Source: Chiloscyllium plagiosum (Eukaryota). From it: a DNA stretch of 64,000 nucleotides. The notes below the pieces were generated by a model, which saw nothing but the letters and a program-made list of their open reading frames with translations, made no database searches and was not told the origin of the DNA. Positions within the stretch are counted from its first letter, which is position 1. Each line of letters opens with the position of its first letter. The DNA lies in contig NC_057752.1 of the NCBI RefSeq assembly GCF_004010195.1, positions 1,193,036 through 1,257,035 of the forward strand, written 5' to 3'. Shown here in pieces: positions 12,050 through 24,624 of this stretch. The translations under genes and the position numbers were made by a program.

Positions 12050-13205
12050 GAAGAGGATTGATGAGGGCAGAGCGATGGACATGATCAATATGGACTTCAG
12101 TAAGGTTCCTCATGGTAGACTGAATAGGAAGGTTAGATCACGTGGAATACAGGAGAACTAGCCATTTGGATACAGAACTGGCTTGAAGGGAGAAGACAGA
12201 GGATGGTGGTGGAGGGTTGGTTTTCAGATTGGAGGCCTGTGACTGGTATACCACAAGGATCGGTGCTGGATCCACTACTTTTTTTCATGAGTAGGTTTAC
12301 AGATCACCTCCAATTTTGGTGTTTAGTGGACAGCGAAGAAGGTTATCCCACAGTACAACAGGACCTGGATCAAATGGACCTATGGGCTGAGGAATGGCAG
12401 ATGGAGTTTAATTTAGATAAATGTGAGGTGCTGCATTTTGGGAAAGCAAATCAAAGTAGGACATATACACTTAATGGTAAGTTCCCGGAGAGTGTTGCTG
12501 AACAAAGAGACCTTGGAGTGCAGGTACATAGTTCCTTGAAAGTGGAGTCGCAGGTAGATAGGATAGTGAAGGTGGTGTTTGGTATGCTTTCCTTTATTGG
12601 TCAGAATATTAAGTACAGGAGTTGGGAGGCCATGTTGTGGCTGTACATGACATTGGTTAGGCCACCTTTGGAATACCATGTTCAATTCTGGTCTTCCTGC
12701 TATAGGAAGGATATTATGAAACCCGAAAGGGTTTAGAAAAGATTTACAAGGATGTTGGCAGGCTTAGAGGGTTTGAGCTAATAGGGAGAGGTTGAACAGG
12801 CTGGGGCTGTTTTCCCTGGAGCATCAGAGGCTGAGGGGTGACCATACAGAAGTTTATAAAATCATGAGAGGCATGGATAGGATAAATAGACAAGGTCTTT
12901 TCCCCTGGGGTGAGCGAGTCCAGAACTAGAGGGCATAGGTTTAGGTTGAGAGGGGAAAGATTTAAAAGGGACCTAAGGGGCAACGTTTTTTTCATGAAGA
13001 GGGTGTGTGTGTATGCAATGAGCTGCCAGAGGAAGTGGTGGAAGCTGGTACAATTACAACATTTAAAAGGCATCTAGGTGGGTACATTGATAGGATGGGT
13101 TTAGAGGGATATGGGCCAAATGCTGACTAGATTAATTTAGGACATCCGATCGGCATGGACGAGTTGAACCAAAGGGTCTGTTTCCGTGCTGTATGACTCT
13201 ATGAG
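12050..13205 (+). mobile_element. CR1 LINE, 5'-truncated (RT and 3' end)
   Basis: GIPQGSVLDPLLF, WAEEWQMEFNLDKCEVLHFG, LVRPPLEY; tail gggtctgtttccgtgctgtatgactctatga. Confidence 0.92.
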
Positions 13206-13659
13206 TCTAAAAGTCAGGGAGTCAATAGAAGTCCCTCGGCTGATGCTATTAAAACAGATTATCTCATTGTTTATCGCACTAATGTTTGAGAGAGTTTGCT
13301 GTGCACATGTTTGTTGCGACATCTTCTGCATCACAACAGTGACCACATTTAAGAAGTACTTAATTGACGATAAAGCATTCTAGAATGTCAAGGTCCTGAA
13401 AGGTGCTATTCAAATGCAAGTCTTTCTCTCTCCCAAAACGGGAAGGAAGGTCTGAAGTGCAATTGCTATTGTACAAAGAGTGACTTGCATACAGCAAGAT
13501 CCCACAAGCAGCAGTTATGTGATGCCCAGGTTTAGCTGTTAGTTGAAGGGTAACTTTGGCCCAAGAGACTGGGGAGAACCCCTTTGCTCTTTCTAGAAAT
13601 AGTGCAGCATGATATTTTAACAAATTATTTACAAGATATATGAAGGAAAGTGAATGAAC

Positions 13660-14530
13660 GACAGCCAGGTTTGTGGATGATACAGAAACAGGCGGAAGGT
13701 AAGTAACGAGGAGGGCACAGAGTCTGCAGCTGCGGTGAGTGGGCAAACACTTGGCAGATGGAATACAAAGTGGGAAAATGTGAGGTTATGCACTTTGGCA
13801 GGAAGTATAGAGGAACTGCATGTTATTTAAATGGAGAATGACTGCAGAAAGCTACAGAATAGAGATTTGGGAGTCTTCATCCATAAATCACAAAAAGCTA
13901 GCATCCAAGTTCAGCAGGTCATAGGGGAAGCAATTGGAATGTTGGCCTTCATTTCAAAGGGAATGGAGTATAAAAGTAGGGAGGCTTTGCTAAAACTATA
14001 CAAGGCATTAGTCAGACCAGAACTGGAATACTGTGAATGGATTTGGGCCCCTTAGTTCAGGCATTGGAGGCAGTCCGGAGAAGGTTCACTCGGCTGATAC
14101 CAGGTATGAGGGATTGACTTATCAATAGACATTGAATAGGCTGGACTGGTACTCAATGGAATTTGGAAGAATGAGAGGCAACCTTATTGAAACATACAAG
14201 ATTCCCTTGAGATGTGGAGAGGTTGTTTCCCCTTCTGGGAGAGGAGAGTACCAGAGGGCATCATCTCAGAATAAGGGGTCGCACATTTAAAACACAGATG
14301 AAGAGGAATTTCTTCTCCCAGAAGGGAATAAATCTTTGGAATTCTTTACCGTAGAGGACTGGGTTGTTAGGTGTAGTCAAGACTGAGACAGATGGATTTT
14401 TAATCAGTAAGGGAATCGAGGGTTATGGAGGGAAGTGGAGTTAAGGATCATCAGATCAGCCATGATCTCATTGAATAGTGGGGCAGACTCAATGGGCTGA
14501 ATGGCCTACATCTACACCAATGGTCTTGTG
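13660..14530 (+). mobile_element. CR1 LINE, 5'-truncated
   Basis: RDLGVFIHKS..GMEYKSREALLKLYKALVRPELEYC; CR1 tail. Confidence 0.9.
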
Positions 14531-15019
14531 TCTACCTAAGAGAGGGAGTAGCACGGGAATTCAATTTCACACCTCCTCTGCAAGACAGCATTTCTGTCTG
14601 TGTGGCCTATGTGGAATGAATTGGGACTGATGGGCTGTCTCAAAGTGAATATGTACTCACAGTCACTGCTTCATCTTACCTTGTTACAAGAGGCGATGCA
14701 TGCAGCAAAGCCTTCAGATCTATTTCAAAATGTTCATAAACCTTTAGCCCAATGATCAGCTGAAGTCCCGCTAAGCACATATTTCGTACAATGCATGTAG
14801 AGTGTGATAATAGAATTTTTTTGAAAGCTATTAGCAATGGAATCAAGCAATCAAAATGTCACACACACAGACTGCAGTTCTCCTGAAATCCAATATCACA
14901 TTACTGAGTGCAGCATAGGCCATTCATTAAGGATCAATATTACACTGAGATGACTCATGATTTGTGAAATATGAAAGAACATTTTATGTTCTCTGCAACA
15001 GCATGAATGGGTTGCAGTA

Positions 15020-17503
15020 CAATAGACAATAGGTGCAGGAGTAGGCCATTCTGCCCTTCGAGCCTGCACCACCATTCAATATGATCATGGCTGATCATCC
15101 TTAATCAGTATCCTGTTCCTGCCTTATCTCCATAACCCTTGATTCCACTATCCNNNNNNNNNNNNNNNNNNNNNNNNNNNNNNNNNNNNNNNNNNNNNNN
15201 NNNNNNNNNNNNNNNNNNNNNNNNNNNNNNNNNNNNNNNNNNNNNNNNNNNNNNNNNNNNNNNNNNNNNNNNNNNNNNNNNNNNNNNNNNNNNNNNNNNN
15301 NNNNNNNNNNNNNNNNNNNNNNNNNNNNNNNNNNNNNNNNNNNNNNNNNNNNNNNNNNNNNNNNNNNNNNNNNNNNNNNNNNNNNNNNNNNNNNNNNNNN
15401 NNNNNNNNNNNNNNNNNNNNNNNNNNNNNNNNNNNNNNNNNNNNNNNNNNNNNNNNNNNNNNNNNNNNNNNNNNNNNNNNNNNNNNNNNNNNNNNNNNNN
15501 NNNNNNNNNNNNNNNNNNNNNNNNNNNNNNNNNNNNNNNNNNNCAGATCTCTTTGTACTGCCCCTTTACATAAATTGATTCCATTTAGGGAGTAATCTGC
15601 CTTCCTGTTCTTGCCACCAAAGTGGATAACCATACATTTATCCATATTAAACTGCATCTGCCATGCATCGGACCACCTAACCTGTCCAGGTCACCCTGTA
15701 ATCTCCTAACATCCTCCTCACATTTCACCCTGCCACCCAGCTTAGTGTCATCAGCAAATTTGCTAATACCATCTTCTATATCATTAATATATATTGTAAA
15801 AAGCTGCGGTCCCAGCACTGATCCCTGCGGTACCCCACTGGTCACTGCCTGCCGTTCCGAAATGGAGCCATTTATCACTACTCTGTTTCCTGTCAGCCAA
15901 CCAACTTTCAATCCAAGTCAGTACTTTGCCCCCAATACCATGCGCCCTCACTTTTCTCACTAACCTTCTATGTGGGACTTTATCAAAAGCTTTCTGAAAG
16001 TCCAGGTATACTACATCTACTGGATCTCTCTTGTCCATCTTCAGAGTTACATCCTCCAAAAATTCCAGAAGATTAGTCAAGCATGATTTCCCCTTCATAA
16101 ATCCATGCTGACTCCGACCTATCCTGTTACTACTATCCAGATGTGTCATAATTTCATCCTTTATAATAGACTCCAGCATCTTTCCCACCACTGAGGTCAG
16201 ACCAACTGATCTATAATTTCCTGCTTTCTCTCTCCCACCCTTCTTAAAAAGTGGTACAATATTAGCCACCTCCAATCCGCAGGAACTGATCCCGAATCTA
16301 TCGAACTCTGGAAAATAATCACCAACGCATCCACAATTTCTCGAGCCACCTCCTTCAGTACTCTGGGATGTAGACCATCAGGTCCTGGAGACTTATCAAC
16401 CTTCAGACCTAACAGTCTCTCCAACACCAATTCCTGGCAAATATAAATTCCCTTCATTTCAGGTCCTTCAGCCACTGTTACCTCAGGGAGATTGCTTGTG
16501 TCTTCCCCAGTGAACACAGATCTGAAGTACCAATTCAATTCTTCTGCCATTTCTTTGTTCCCCATAATATATTCCCCTGTTTCTGTCTTCAAGGGCCCAA
16601 TTTTAGTCTTAACCATCTTTTTGCCTTTCACATACCTAAAAAAAACTTTTACTATCCTCCTTTATATTATTGATGGAAATGTGTTGCTGGAAAAGCGCAG
16701 CAGGTCAGGCAGCATCTAGGGAACAGGAGAATCGACGTTTAGGGCATTAGCCCAATGCCTGAAACATCGATTCTCCTGTTCCCTAGATGCTGCCTGACCT
16801 GCTGCGCTTTTCCAGCAACACATTTCCATCTCTGATCTCCAGCATCTGCNNNNNNNNNNNNNNNNNNNNNNNNNNNNNNNNNNNNNNNNNNNNNNNNNNN
16901 NNNNNNNNNNNNNNNNNNNNNNNNNNNNNNNNNNNNNNNNNNNNNNNNNNNNNNNNNNNNNNNNNNNNNNNNNNNNNNNNNNNNNNNNNNNNNNNNNNNN
17001 NNNNNNNNNNNNNNNNNNNNNNNNNNNNNNNNNNNNNNNNNNNNNNNNNNNNNNNNNNNNNNNNNNNNNNNNNNNNNNNNNNNNNNNNNNNNNNNNNNNN
17101 NNNNNNNNNNNNNNNNNNNNNNNNNNNNNNNNNNNNNNNNNNNNNNNNNNNNNNNNNNNNNNNNNNNNNNNNNNNNNNNNNNNNNNNNNNNNNNNTCCCT
17201 TACCAACATGGCCACCCCACCCCCTCTGCCCGTCAGTCTGTCCTTACGATAGCACGTGTAGCCTTGAATATTCATTTCCCAGGCCCTGTCCACTTGAAGC
17301 CACAGCTCAGTTATCCCCACAATATCGTACCTGCCAATTTCCAAAAGAGCCTCAAGCTCATCCATCTTATTTCTAATGCTTCGTGCATTCATGTATAGTA
17401 TTTTTAATTTATTATTGCCCTCACCCTTCCCATCAACTCCTAATTCACTCAACCTTCCAGCATGATCCCTTTTTGAGTTTTCTGCTTCATTGATACATGA
17501 CAT
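15020..17503 (-). mobile_element. CR1 LINE ORF2 (EN + RT), relatively young, broken by two gaps and a Penelope hairpin
   Basis: [57 protein letters not shown]. Confidence 0.95.
16672..16849. mobile_element. Penelope-like terminal sequence forming a 77-bp-arm inverted repeat
   Basis: 16672-16748 is the reverse complement of 16754-16830 with ~3 mismatches. Confidence 0.85.
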
Positions 17504-17849
17504 GCTACCTCAGTAGGCCATCTTGTATTATCTCCTTTGGTTTCCTCAGTAAGAGCTTGTCCAAGAAGGTCATGCATTTGATTTTCGGCGCAATGTTTAC
17601 TGCAATGTTTCTACACTGCCTGAGACCCGTGCTGCCTCTGCCAGTCACTGGACCTGAACCCAGAGCTTTCTGACTCCAAACTGAGAACACTACCAATGGA
17701 GTCATAGCTGATGCTGGATCTGGAAATATTAGCGTTGTGTCAAGCACCAGCTTGGAGGCAGAGCCAACTGCACATCCCCAACCTAGTCCATCAATGAAGT
17801 CGAATTTCCACCAGCCAATAGTAGTTTAGAAAACCCCGTTGCAGAAATC

Positions 17850-18300
17850 ATAAGATGTACGAACAGAAGAAGCCATTCAGCACATCAAGTCTGCTTCACC
17901 ATTCAATGTGATCGCAATTGATCTGGTCATCCTCAACCCCACTTTCCTGTCTTTTCCCCATTCACCCATCATTCTCTTCCCTGATTAAAAATCTGCCTGT
18001 CTCAGCCTTGAATATACTGAATGACGCAGCCTCAACAGCTGACTGTTGTAAAGGATTTCACAGATTCACTCTTCTCTGAGAAAAAAAATTCTCCTCATCT
18101 CTGCTTTAAAAGGGCCACCCCTTATTCGGAGATGATGCCCTCTGGTCCTAGGCTCTCCCACAAGGAGAAACTACCTCTCTATAGCTCCCCTGTCAAGTCC
18201 CCTAAAACTCTTGTATGTTTCAATAAGGTCGCATTCTTCTCAACTCCAATGAGTACAGGCCCAACCTACTCAACCTCTCCTTATAAGACAATCCCTACTG
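17850..18300 (-). mobile_element. CR1 LINE 3' fragment
   Basis: Reverse complement resembles 14100-14530. Confidence 0.75.
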
Positions 18301-19368
18301 AGCACCATTATCCAAGGGGTTGATAGGTGAAACAAAATCAGCATAATCTTCAAATCAGCGCAATCCACACATTATTACCATCACACTCAAGGAGAAGAGG
18401 AACAAGATGGAGGTAGCAGTTTCATAGATGAAGGCTGTCATGTCAGACAGGAGTACAATTGGCCTCTGACATCCATAATATGCTGGCCTGATGGTAGAAG
18501 CACAAACCTCAATTATCTAGAGACTGAGCAATTTGGGGCATTGTTCAACATGGGATCATTGATCTGGAAAGGACTCCAACTCAGAAAGTTAATCTCATGG
18601 ATGTATATATGCTGTTCTCAAAAATTGAGAGCCAAGTGTCTACCATCAGTGATCCAAGGAGAGTACAGATGGACTAATGAAGATTATGTTTCTTGACTCC
18701 ATGGCCCTCTGAACCAAAGGCAAGATAGATACCACTGAACCCAGGTGACATGTATGTGTGGCATACAGCCATGGCCACAGGCCAGTCACTGAGGCATTCC
18801 TTGCCCTGAGACTGGCTGATTCTTCCACTGTTGCCTCTACACAATCTGAAGATCCACTGGTGGATAAGCCATGTCCAGTAGTGGCACTGGTTTGGGAAGC
18901 ACACAGCTAAATGTATGTACTCAGAAGATACAATGCGCACAGTTACAGAGAAAGAGTCCACAAAATACATACATCAGACAAATATCGACTTGTGTTAATT
19001 AAACCTGTGGCTATCACCATTTTTTTTGTGTCCTATTTATCAGGTGGATTGCTGATTGGACACAGGCTATCTCCACTAATTTGGAAATAAAATTTAGAGT
19101 TACTGCACTCTGCCAGATTCAATGAAAATGTTTCAGTTGTGATATGAGACATATGCGATTGCTGTTGCCAGTCCAAGCAATGAGCCTGCTCTGCTCAGGC
19201 CCTGCCTATTTCACAGTCTTACCTTTTTTCAGTAGCATTACCTGTGTCTCTCAAGGTTTGTGTCGCAGAAATGTAGAGATGAGGTTAAAATCCAATCAGC
19301 CATGATCTTATTGAATAGTGGAACAGGCTCAAAGGGTGAGTGGCCTACTCTTGGTCCTTGTTTGACTA

Positions 19369-19464
19369 TGATTGGAACCAGGTGGATCTTGTAGACTATG
19401 AGATCCTTAATTGGGGTTGTTAACCTGGACCAATCAGGAAGGCTGTCCAATAGTAACAGGGGAT
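19369..19464 (+). mobile_element. Putative LTR 5' part (U3-like) of a Gypsy-type element
   Basis: ATTGG/CCAAT boxes; ends in TAACAGGGGAT, the same motif that begins the LTR-like segment at 24129. Confidence 0.45.
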
Positions 19465-19550
19465 CCCCCTTCACCATTTGATCACGCAGTATTACCCTTT
19501 GATGTGAAGGGCACTACTTGTCACTGGCCACTTGGGTGTTTGCCTATCTT
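19465..19550 (+). mobile_element. Tx1-family 3' UTR fragment (copy A)
   Basis: Matches 22543-22630. Confidence 0.85.
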
Positions 19551-19603
19551 GAGAATTGGATCAGTGTGTGTGCACACGTGCAAGGACTCTCCTCCTTGAA
19601 GGG

Positions 19604-22600
19604 GACTCCAGGTCGAGCATCTCCTCTCAAACTCCCCGATCCTGGATTTTCGCCTCTTTGTCGACCCCCTCGCGGGGCGTATGAAGAGAAGAAGGCCGTG
19701 CTCCGGGACCTGCAGCTCGTCGGGGCTCGGGGCGCGTACGTGAGGTCGCGGATCCAGCTCCTCCAGGACCTGGACCGCGGCTCCCCCTTCTACTCGCTGG
19801 AAAAAAGGTGTGGCACCCGTCAGCAGCTCCTTGTGCTGCTGGCCGACGACGGGTCCCTCGTCTCGGATCCGGAGGGGATCAGGGCCCACATCCGAAACTA
19901 TTACACGGCTCTGTTCTCTCCGGATCCATCCAGCGAGGATGCTCGCAGAGTTCTGTGGGAGGACCTGCCGCAGCTCAGCCCGGAGGACGCCGGAAGGCTC
20001 GACGCTCCCGTCACTTTAGAGGAGCTGACCGGCGCCCTCGACCGGCTCTCGAGGGGCAAAACCCCGGGGCTGGACGGGCTGACTGTGGAGTTCTTCAGGG
20101 CGTTCTGGGACGTCCTGGGGAGTGACTACGCACAGGTCCTGGGGGAGTGTCTAAATGCCGGAGAGTTGCGCCTTTCTTGGCGCAGGGCGGTCATCGTCCT
20201 GCTGCCAAAGGAGGGGGGGGAGCCTTCGTTCCTTGCAGAACTGGCATCCGGTTTCCCTCCTCAGCACTGACTGACTACAAAATCTTCACCAGGGTGTTGT
20301 CTTCTCGCCTGGCCTCCGTGCTGGCCCACATGATTCACCCGGACCAGTCCTATACGGTCCCGGGCCGGAGGATACACGACCACGTCCACCTGGTCCGGGA
20401 CCTGATCCATTTCTGTCGACGGGCTGGTCTGCCGAGCGCCTTCCTGTCTCTCGACCAGGAGAAGGTGTTCGACAGGGTCGATCACGAGTACCTGCTCGGG
20501 ACTCTGCGGGCATTCGGGTTCGGGACGCAATTCGTCGCCCAGATCCGACTTTGCGGCGGCGTACAAGAGTGTCTGGTTAAAGTTAACGGGTCCCTGACGG
20601 CGCGCCTTCACTTCGGGAGAGGAGTGCGTCCACGCTGCCCCCTGTCCGGCCAGCTGTATTCCCTGTGCGTGGAGCCTTTCCTGCACCTCTTGCGGAGGTG
20701 GTTGTCGGGGCTGGTTCTGCGCGGCGCGGGCACAGAGGTGGTCCTCCCGGCCAACGCCGATGACTTGCTCCTCACTTTCACCGACCCGGCTGACCTGGGG
20801 AGGATGCGCGAGTGCCAGGCTGTGTACTCAGCAGCGTCCTCCGCCAGGATCAACTGGGCCAAATGTCCCAGACTACTGGTCAGTCCGTGGCGGGTGGACT
20901 CTCTGCCGGAGGAGTTACGGGGGTTCAGCTGGAGTACCACACATCTCCTCTACATCGGGGTCTACCTCAGCCCGGCTGAGGAATCCTGGCAGGAGCTGGA
21001 GGCCAAGGTCTTGGCTCGCCTAGGCCGCTGGACAGGACTGCTCCGAGTGCTATCTTACAGGAGTCGAGTGCTGGTCATAAACCAGCTGGTGGCCGCCATG
21101 CTGTGGTACCGGCTGGTCACCTTTGGTCCCTCCTCCTGGCTTTGTCGCTGACATCCAGAGAACGTTGGTCGACTTCTTCTGGGACAAAAAGATGCACTGG
21201 GTCGCCGCGCAGGTTCTGAGTTTCCCTATTGAGGGCGGTCAGTCGCTGGTGTGCGTCCGCACCCAGGTCGCAACATTCCGCCTTCAGACCTTGCAGCGAT
21301 ACCTTTACGTCGAGCCTCCTCCTAGGTGGTGCGCCCTGGCGACATATTTTTTCCGCCAGGTGCGTAACCTCAACTACGACACGCAGCTCCTGTTCGTCGA
21401 CTGTGAAGGTTTGGAGGTCGCCCTCAAGACGCTGCCTGTCTTTTACCAGGACCTGATCACTGTCTGGAACATGGTCGAATCGCGCCGCGCCTACCCTCCG
21501 GCAGGAGTAGCGGCTGTCGTCAGGAATCTGCACCTCTGTACTCGCAGGTTCGAGTGGCTGTCGGAGGGGAGGGCCATGGCGGCGAGGGTGACCAGGGTCA
21601 GGGACGTGCTGGGGGCCTGGGCTGGACGCTGCTGCAGGACATAGCGGGCAGGGTAGCGGTAGACGTCCGGTACGTGGCCACCGCCATCCGACGCCTTAAA
21701 ATGGCAGTGCTCGGACCCGACGTGCATCAGTTGGAGGACGCTCAGGTGTGCGGTGGGATCCCGTCCGTGTTCACCCCAGCCCGGACGGAATTTCACATTG
21801 GCCCCAAGGTCCCGTACTTCCCGCGGGAGAATGTGCCCCACAACCTGAGCCGCGTCCGGAATTTTAATTTTGTTCCCTTCCAGGGTAAAAAGGAGGGCCC
21901 TGTATAGACTGCTGCTGCACACCGTCCACCTCTTCTCCCTCATCCACCGTCCGGACACGCCTTGGCGTGCCCATTTTCCACCGGGCGGTGGGGATCCCCA
22001 GTGGAGGGCTCTCTACGTGGGAGTCCTCCCCCTTTCTCTCGGGGATCTGGGGTGGAGGGTGCTGCATGCAGCAGTCCCCTGCAACCGCAGATTGCGGTGG
22101 TTCACGGACTCCCAGCCCAACTGCTTGTTCTGTGGCGCTGTGGAGTCCGTGGACCACGTATATATTGGGTGTGGGCGTTTGCACTCTCCTTGATTTTCTC
22201 AAAAACCTTCTCCTCTGCTTTTGGTTGCACTTCAGTCCCACGCTCCTGATCTTCGGGCACCTTGTACGGAGGAGGGAGGGCAGGTCTGAAGACCTCCTAG
22301 TGGGTCTACTCCTGGGCCTGGCCAAACTGGCCATCAACAGGTCGAGGCAGCGGGCCGTGGAGGAGGTCGTTAAGGCCGACTGCCTGCCCCTCTTCTGCGG
22401 TTACGTTAGAGCCCGGGTGTCCTTGGAGAAAGAGCACGCGGTGTCCACCAACACCCTGGAGTTGTTCAGGGAGAGGTGGGCGCCGCAGGGAGTGGAGTGT
22501 ATTATTTCCCCCTCCAACTCTATTTTGATTTAATCCCTGCCCTCCCCTTCACTGTTTGATCACACAGCACTGACCTTTGATGTGAAGGACACTGCTTGTC

Positions 22601-22773
22601 ACTGGCCACTTGGGTGTTTTCCTATCTTCCTGGTGGTGGAAATGAATAAAGATTTGTGCACTTTGTGTGTCTCACTATGTCTCACACCTGCACACACACA
22701 TCATGGGTGTTGGGGGGAAAAATAAGCACTACCGCAGTTAGGCGGTAGCGTGGGGTTTAAGTTTTAAAAAAAA
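19604..22773 (+). mobile_element. Tx1-clade non-LTR retrotransposon, 5'-truncated, ORF2 frameshifted (copy B)
   Basis: ARGAYVRSR, KTPGLDGLTVEFF, IHPDQSYTVPGR, FLSLDQEKVFDRVDH, GRGVR..CPLSG, C-terminal CLFCGAVESVDHVYIGC zinc knuckle; closely resembles Xenopus Tx1 ORF2; stop at 22533; 3' UTR and A tail; YADD is mutated to NADD. Confidence 0.95.
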
Positions 22774-22829
22774 AGAAAGAACAGGTGTGCCAGAGATTCT
22801 GTTCACCCTAAAAAAATGTAACAGGGGAT

Positions 22830-23071
22830 TTCCCCCCACCCTTCACTGTTTGATTACGCAGCATTAGCCTTTGATGTGAAGTGCACTGCTTGTCACTGGC
22901 CACTTGGGTGTTTCCTTTCTTCCTGGTGGTGGAAATTGAATAAAGGTTTGTACACCTTGTGTCTCTCACTGTGTCTCACACCTGCACACACACACCATGG
23001 GTGCTGGGGAAAAAATAAGCACTACCGCACTTAGGTGGTAGTGTGGGGGTTAAAAGAAAAAAAAAAAAAAA
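22830..23071 (+). mobile_element. Tx1-family 3' end (copy C)
   Basis: Repeat of the 3' UTR with an A tail. Confidence 0.9.
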
Positions 23072-23159
23072 TGGGGGNNNNNNNNNNNNNNNNNNNNNNN
23101 NNNNNNNNNNNNNNNNNNNNNNNNNNNNNNNNNNNNNNNNNNNNNNNNNNNNNNNNNNN

Positions 23160-23470
23160 GCCACAGGGAGTGGAGTGCATTATTTCCCCCTCCAATTCTA
23201 TTTTGATTTAAACCCTGCCCTCCCCTTCACTGTTTGATCACACAGCATTGCCCTTTGATGTGAAGGGCACTGCTTGTCACTGGTCACTTGGGTGTTTCCT
23301 TTCTTCCTGGTGGTGGGAATTTGAATAAAGATTCGTGCACCTTGTGTCTTTCACTGTGTCTCACACCCGCACACACACATGGGTGCTGGGGAAGAATAAG
23401 CACTACTGCAGTTAGGCAGTAGTAAAAAAGAAGAAAAAAATTTTAAAAATAAAGAGGAAGGAAAAAAATA
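23160..23470 (+). mobile_element. Tx1-family 3' end (copy D; 5' end lies in the gap)
   Basis: End of ORF2, 3' UTR and A-rich tail. Confidence 0.9.
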
Positions 23471-23471
23471 A

Positions 23472-23705
23472 AAACATTAGTGTCAGACATTCTCTCAATC
23501 TGAGAGCTGGCTGTGAGGGAGCTGGACCAGGGTCAAGGACTCCCCATGCATAAATAGAGGGTAACTTGGTGACGGGATACTGGCTTCTGTGGAGTTATTT
23601 CAGTGGGGATGAGAGTAAAGCATGTTCCTTTAGAAATTACTTGCAATAGTCATCTTTAGTTGGGGTAAGCATTAGCTATTACTTGGGAAGCTTGACTCAT
23701 TCAAC
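23472..23705 (+). mobile_element. Gypsy-type LTR 3' part, PBS-like site and degenerate gag start
   Basis: Ends ...TTATTTCA (23602), then g-TGG; 23676-23705 encodes LLLGKLDSFN, resembling Gypsy (Mag-like) Gag N-termini; related to 22779-22810, 19551-19592 and 24205-24243. Confidence 0.55.
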
Positions 23706-23739
23706 AAGAAAAAAAAGGAGAAAAAAAGTAATAGGGGAT

Positions 23740-24120
23740 CAGGTCCAGGCAGCGGGCCGTGGAGGGGGTCATTAGGGCCAACTGCCTGCCCCTCATCCGC
23801 GGTTACATTAGAGCCCGGGTGTCCACCAACACCCTTGAGTTGTTCAGGGAGAGGTGGGCGCCGCGTGGAGTGTATCATTTCCCCCTCCAACTCTATTTTG
23901 ATTTAATCCCTGCTCTCCCCTTCACTGTTTGATCACACAGCATTGCCCTTTGATGTGAAGGGCACTTGGCCACTTGGGTGTTTTCTTTTCTTCCTGGTGG
24001 TGGAAATTGGACAAAGATTTGTACACCTTGTGTCTTTCACCGTATCTCTCACCTGCACACGCAACATGGGTGCTGGGGAAAAATTAACATTACCGCAGTT
24101 AGGGGAATAGGAAAAGACAA
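23740..24120 (+). mobile_element. Tx1-family 5'-truncated copy E
   Basis: Matches 22338-22745 with small deletions; flanked by TAATAGGGGAT and TAACAGGGGAT. Confidence 0.9.
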
Positions 24121-24128
24121 CAAGGTAT

Positions 24129-24243
24129 TAACAGGGGATTTAGGATCTCCTCAGTTCAGGGGACTGACTCCGAGTTGGCTGGCCACAGCCAGTGTACTGT
24201 GCACAAATAAATAAATGGGGACTTAGTGACAGGATACCAGCCA
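24129..24243 (+). mobile_element. Related LTR 3' part (second variant)
   Basis: aataaatggggacttagtgacaggataccagcc is similar to 23550-23586. Confidence 0.5.
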
Positions 24244-24624
24244 CATTTGCTTGGCTGATTTCCAAAAGGTGCTTATATTGCTCAGGAAGCATATAGATAC
24301 ATATAAATGCCAGGATGCTCTAGCAAAAGAGTAGTATCTCCCTTTTTACCATTGCAGGCAATAACAAAGAACAACTACTTGAACAGCACAGAAGATTCCT
24401 TCAATGTTGTCACTTCCTGTAGTATCACCTTCCCACCAATCTTATATCCAAACCCCATTGCCATTACTTATCACACCTTTTCTTGTCCTCCCCAATCTTG
24501 AAGTTCTCCTGCACGATGCCTCAGCTGTTAGAGTATCTTTCCATTGTTCAAAAAATTGGCAAATACTTGGACTGTGAATAGTTCTGGTATCCATATTCTA
24601 AAAAGGATACATATAAGCACTTGG

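Noticed and set aside
15105..17503. Long ORFs containing X runs
   Set aside because: They span assembly gaps; the real parts are CR1 or Penelope sequence
19675..22533. Active or domesticated Tx1 ORF2
   Set aside because: 5'-truncated with no endonuclease, several frameshifts, and QG and YADD motifs mutated
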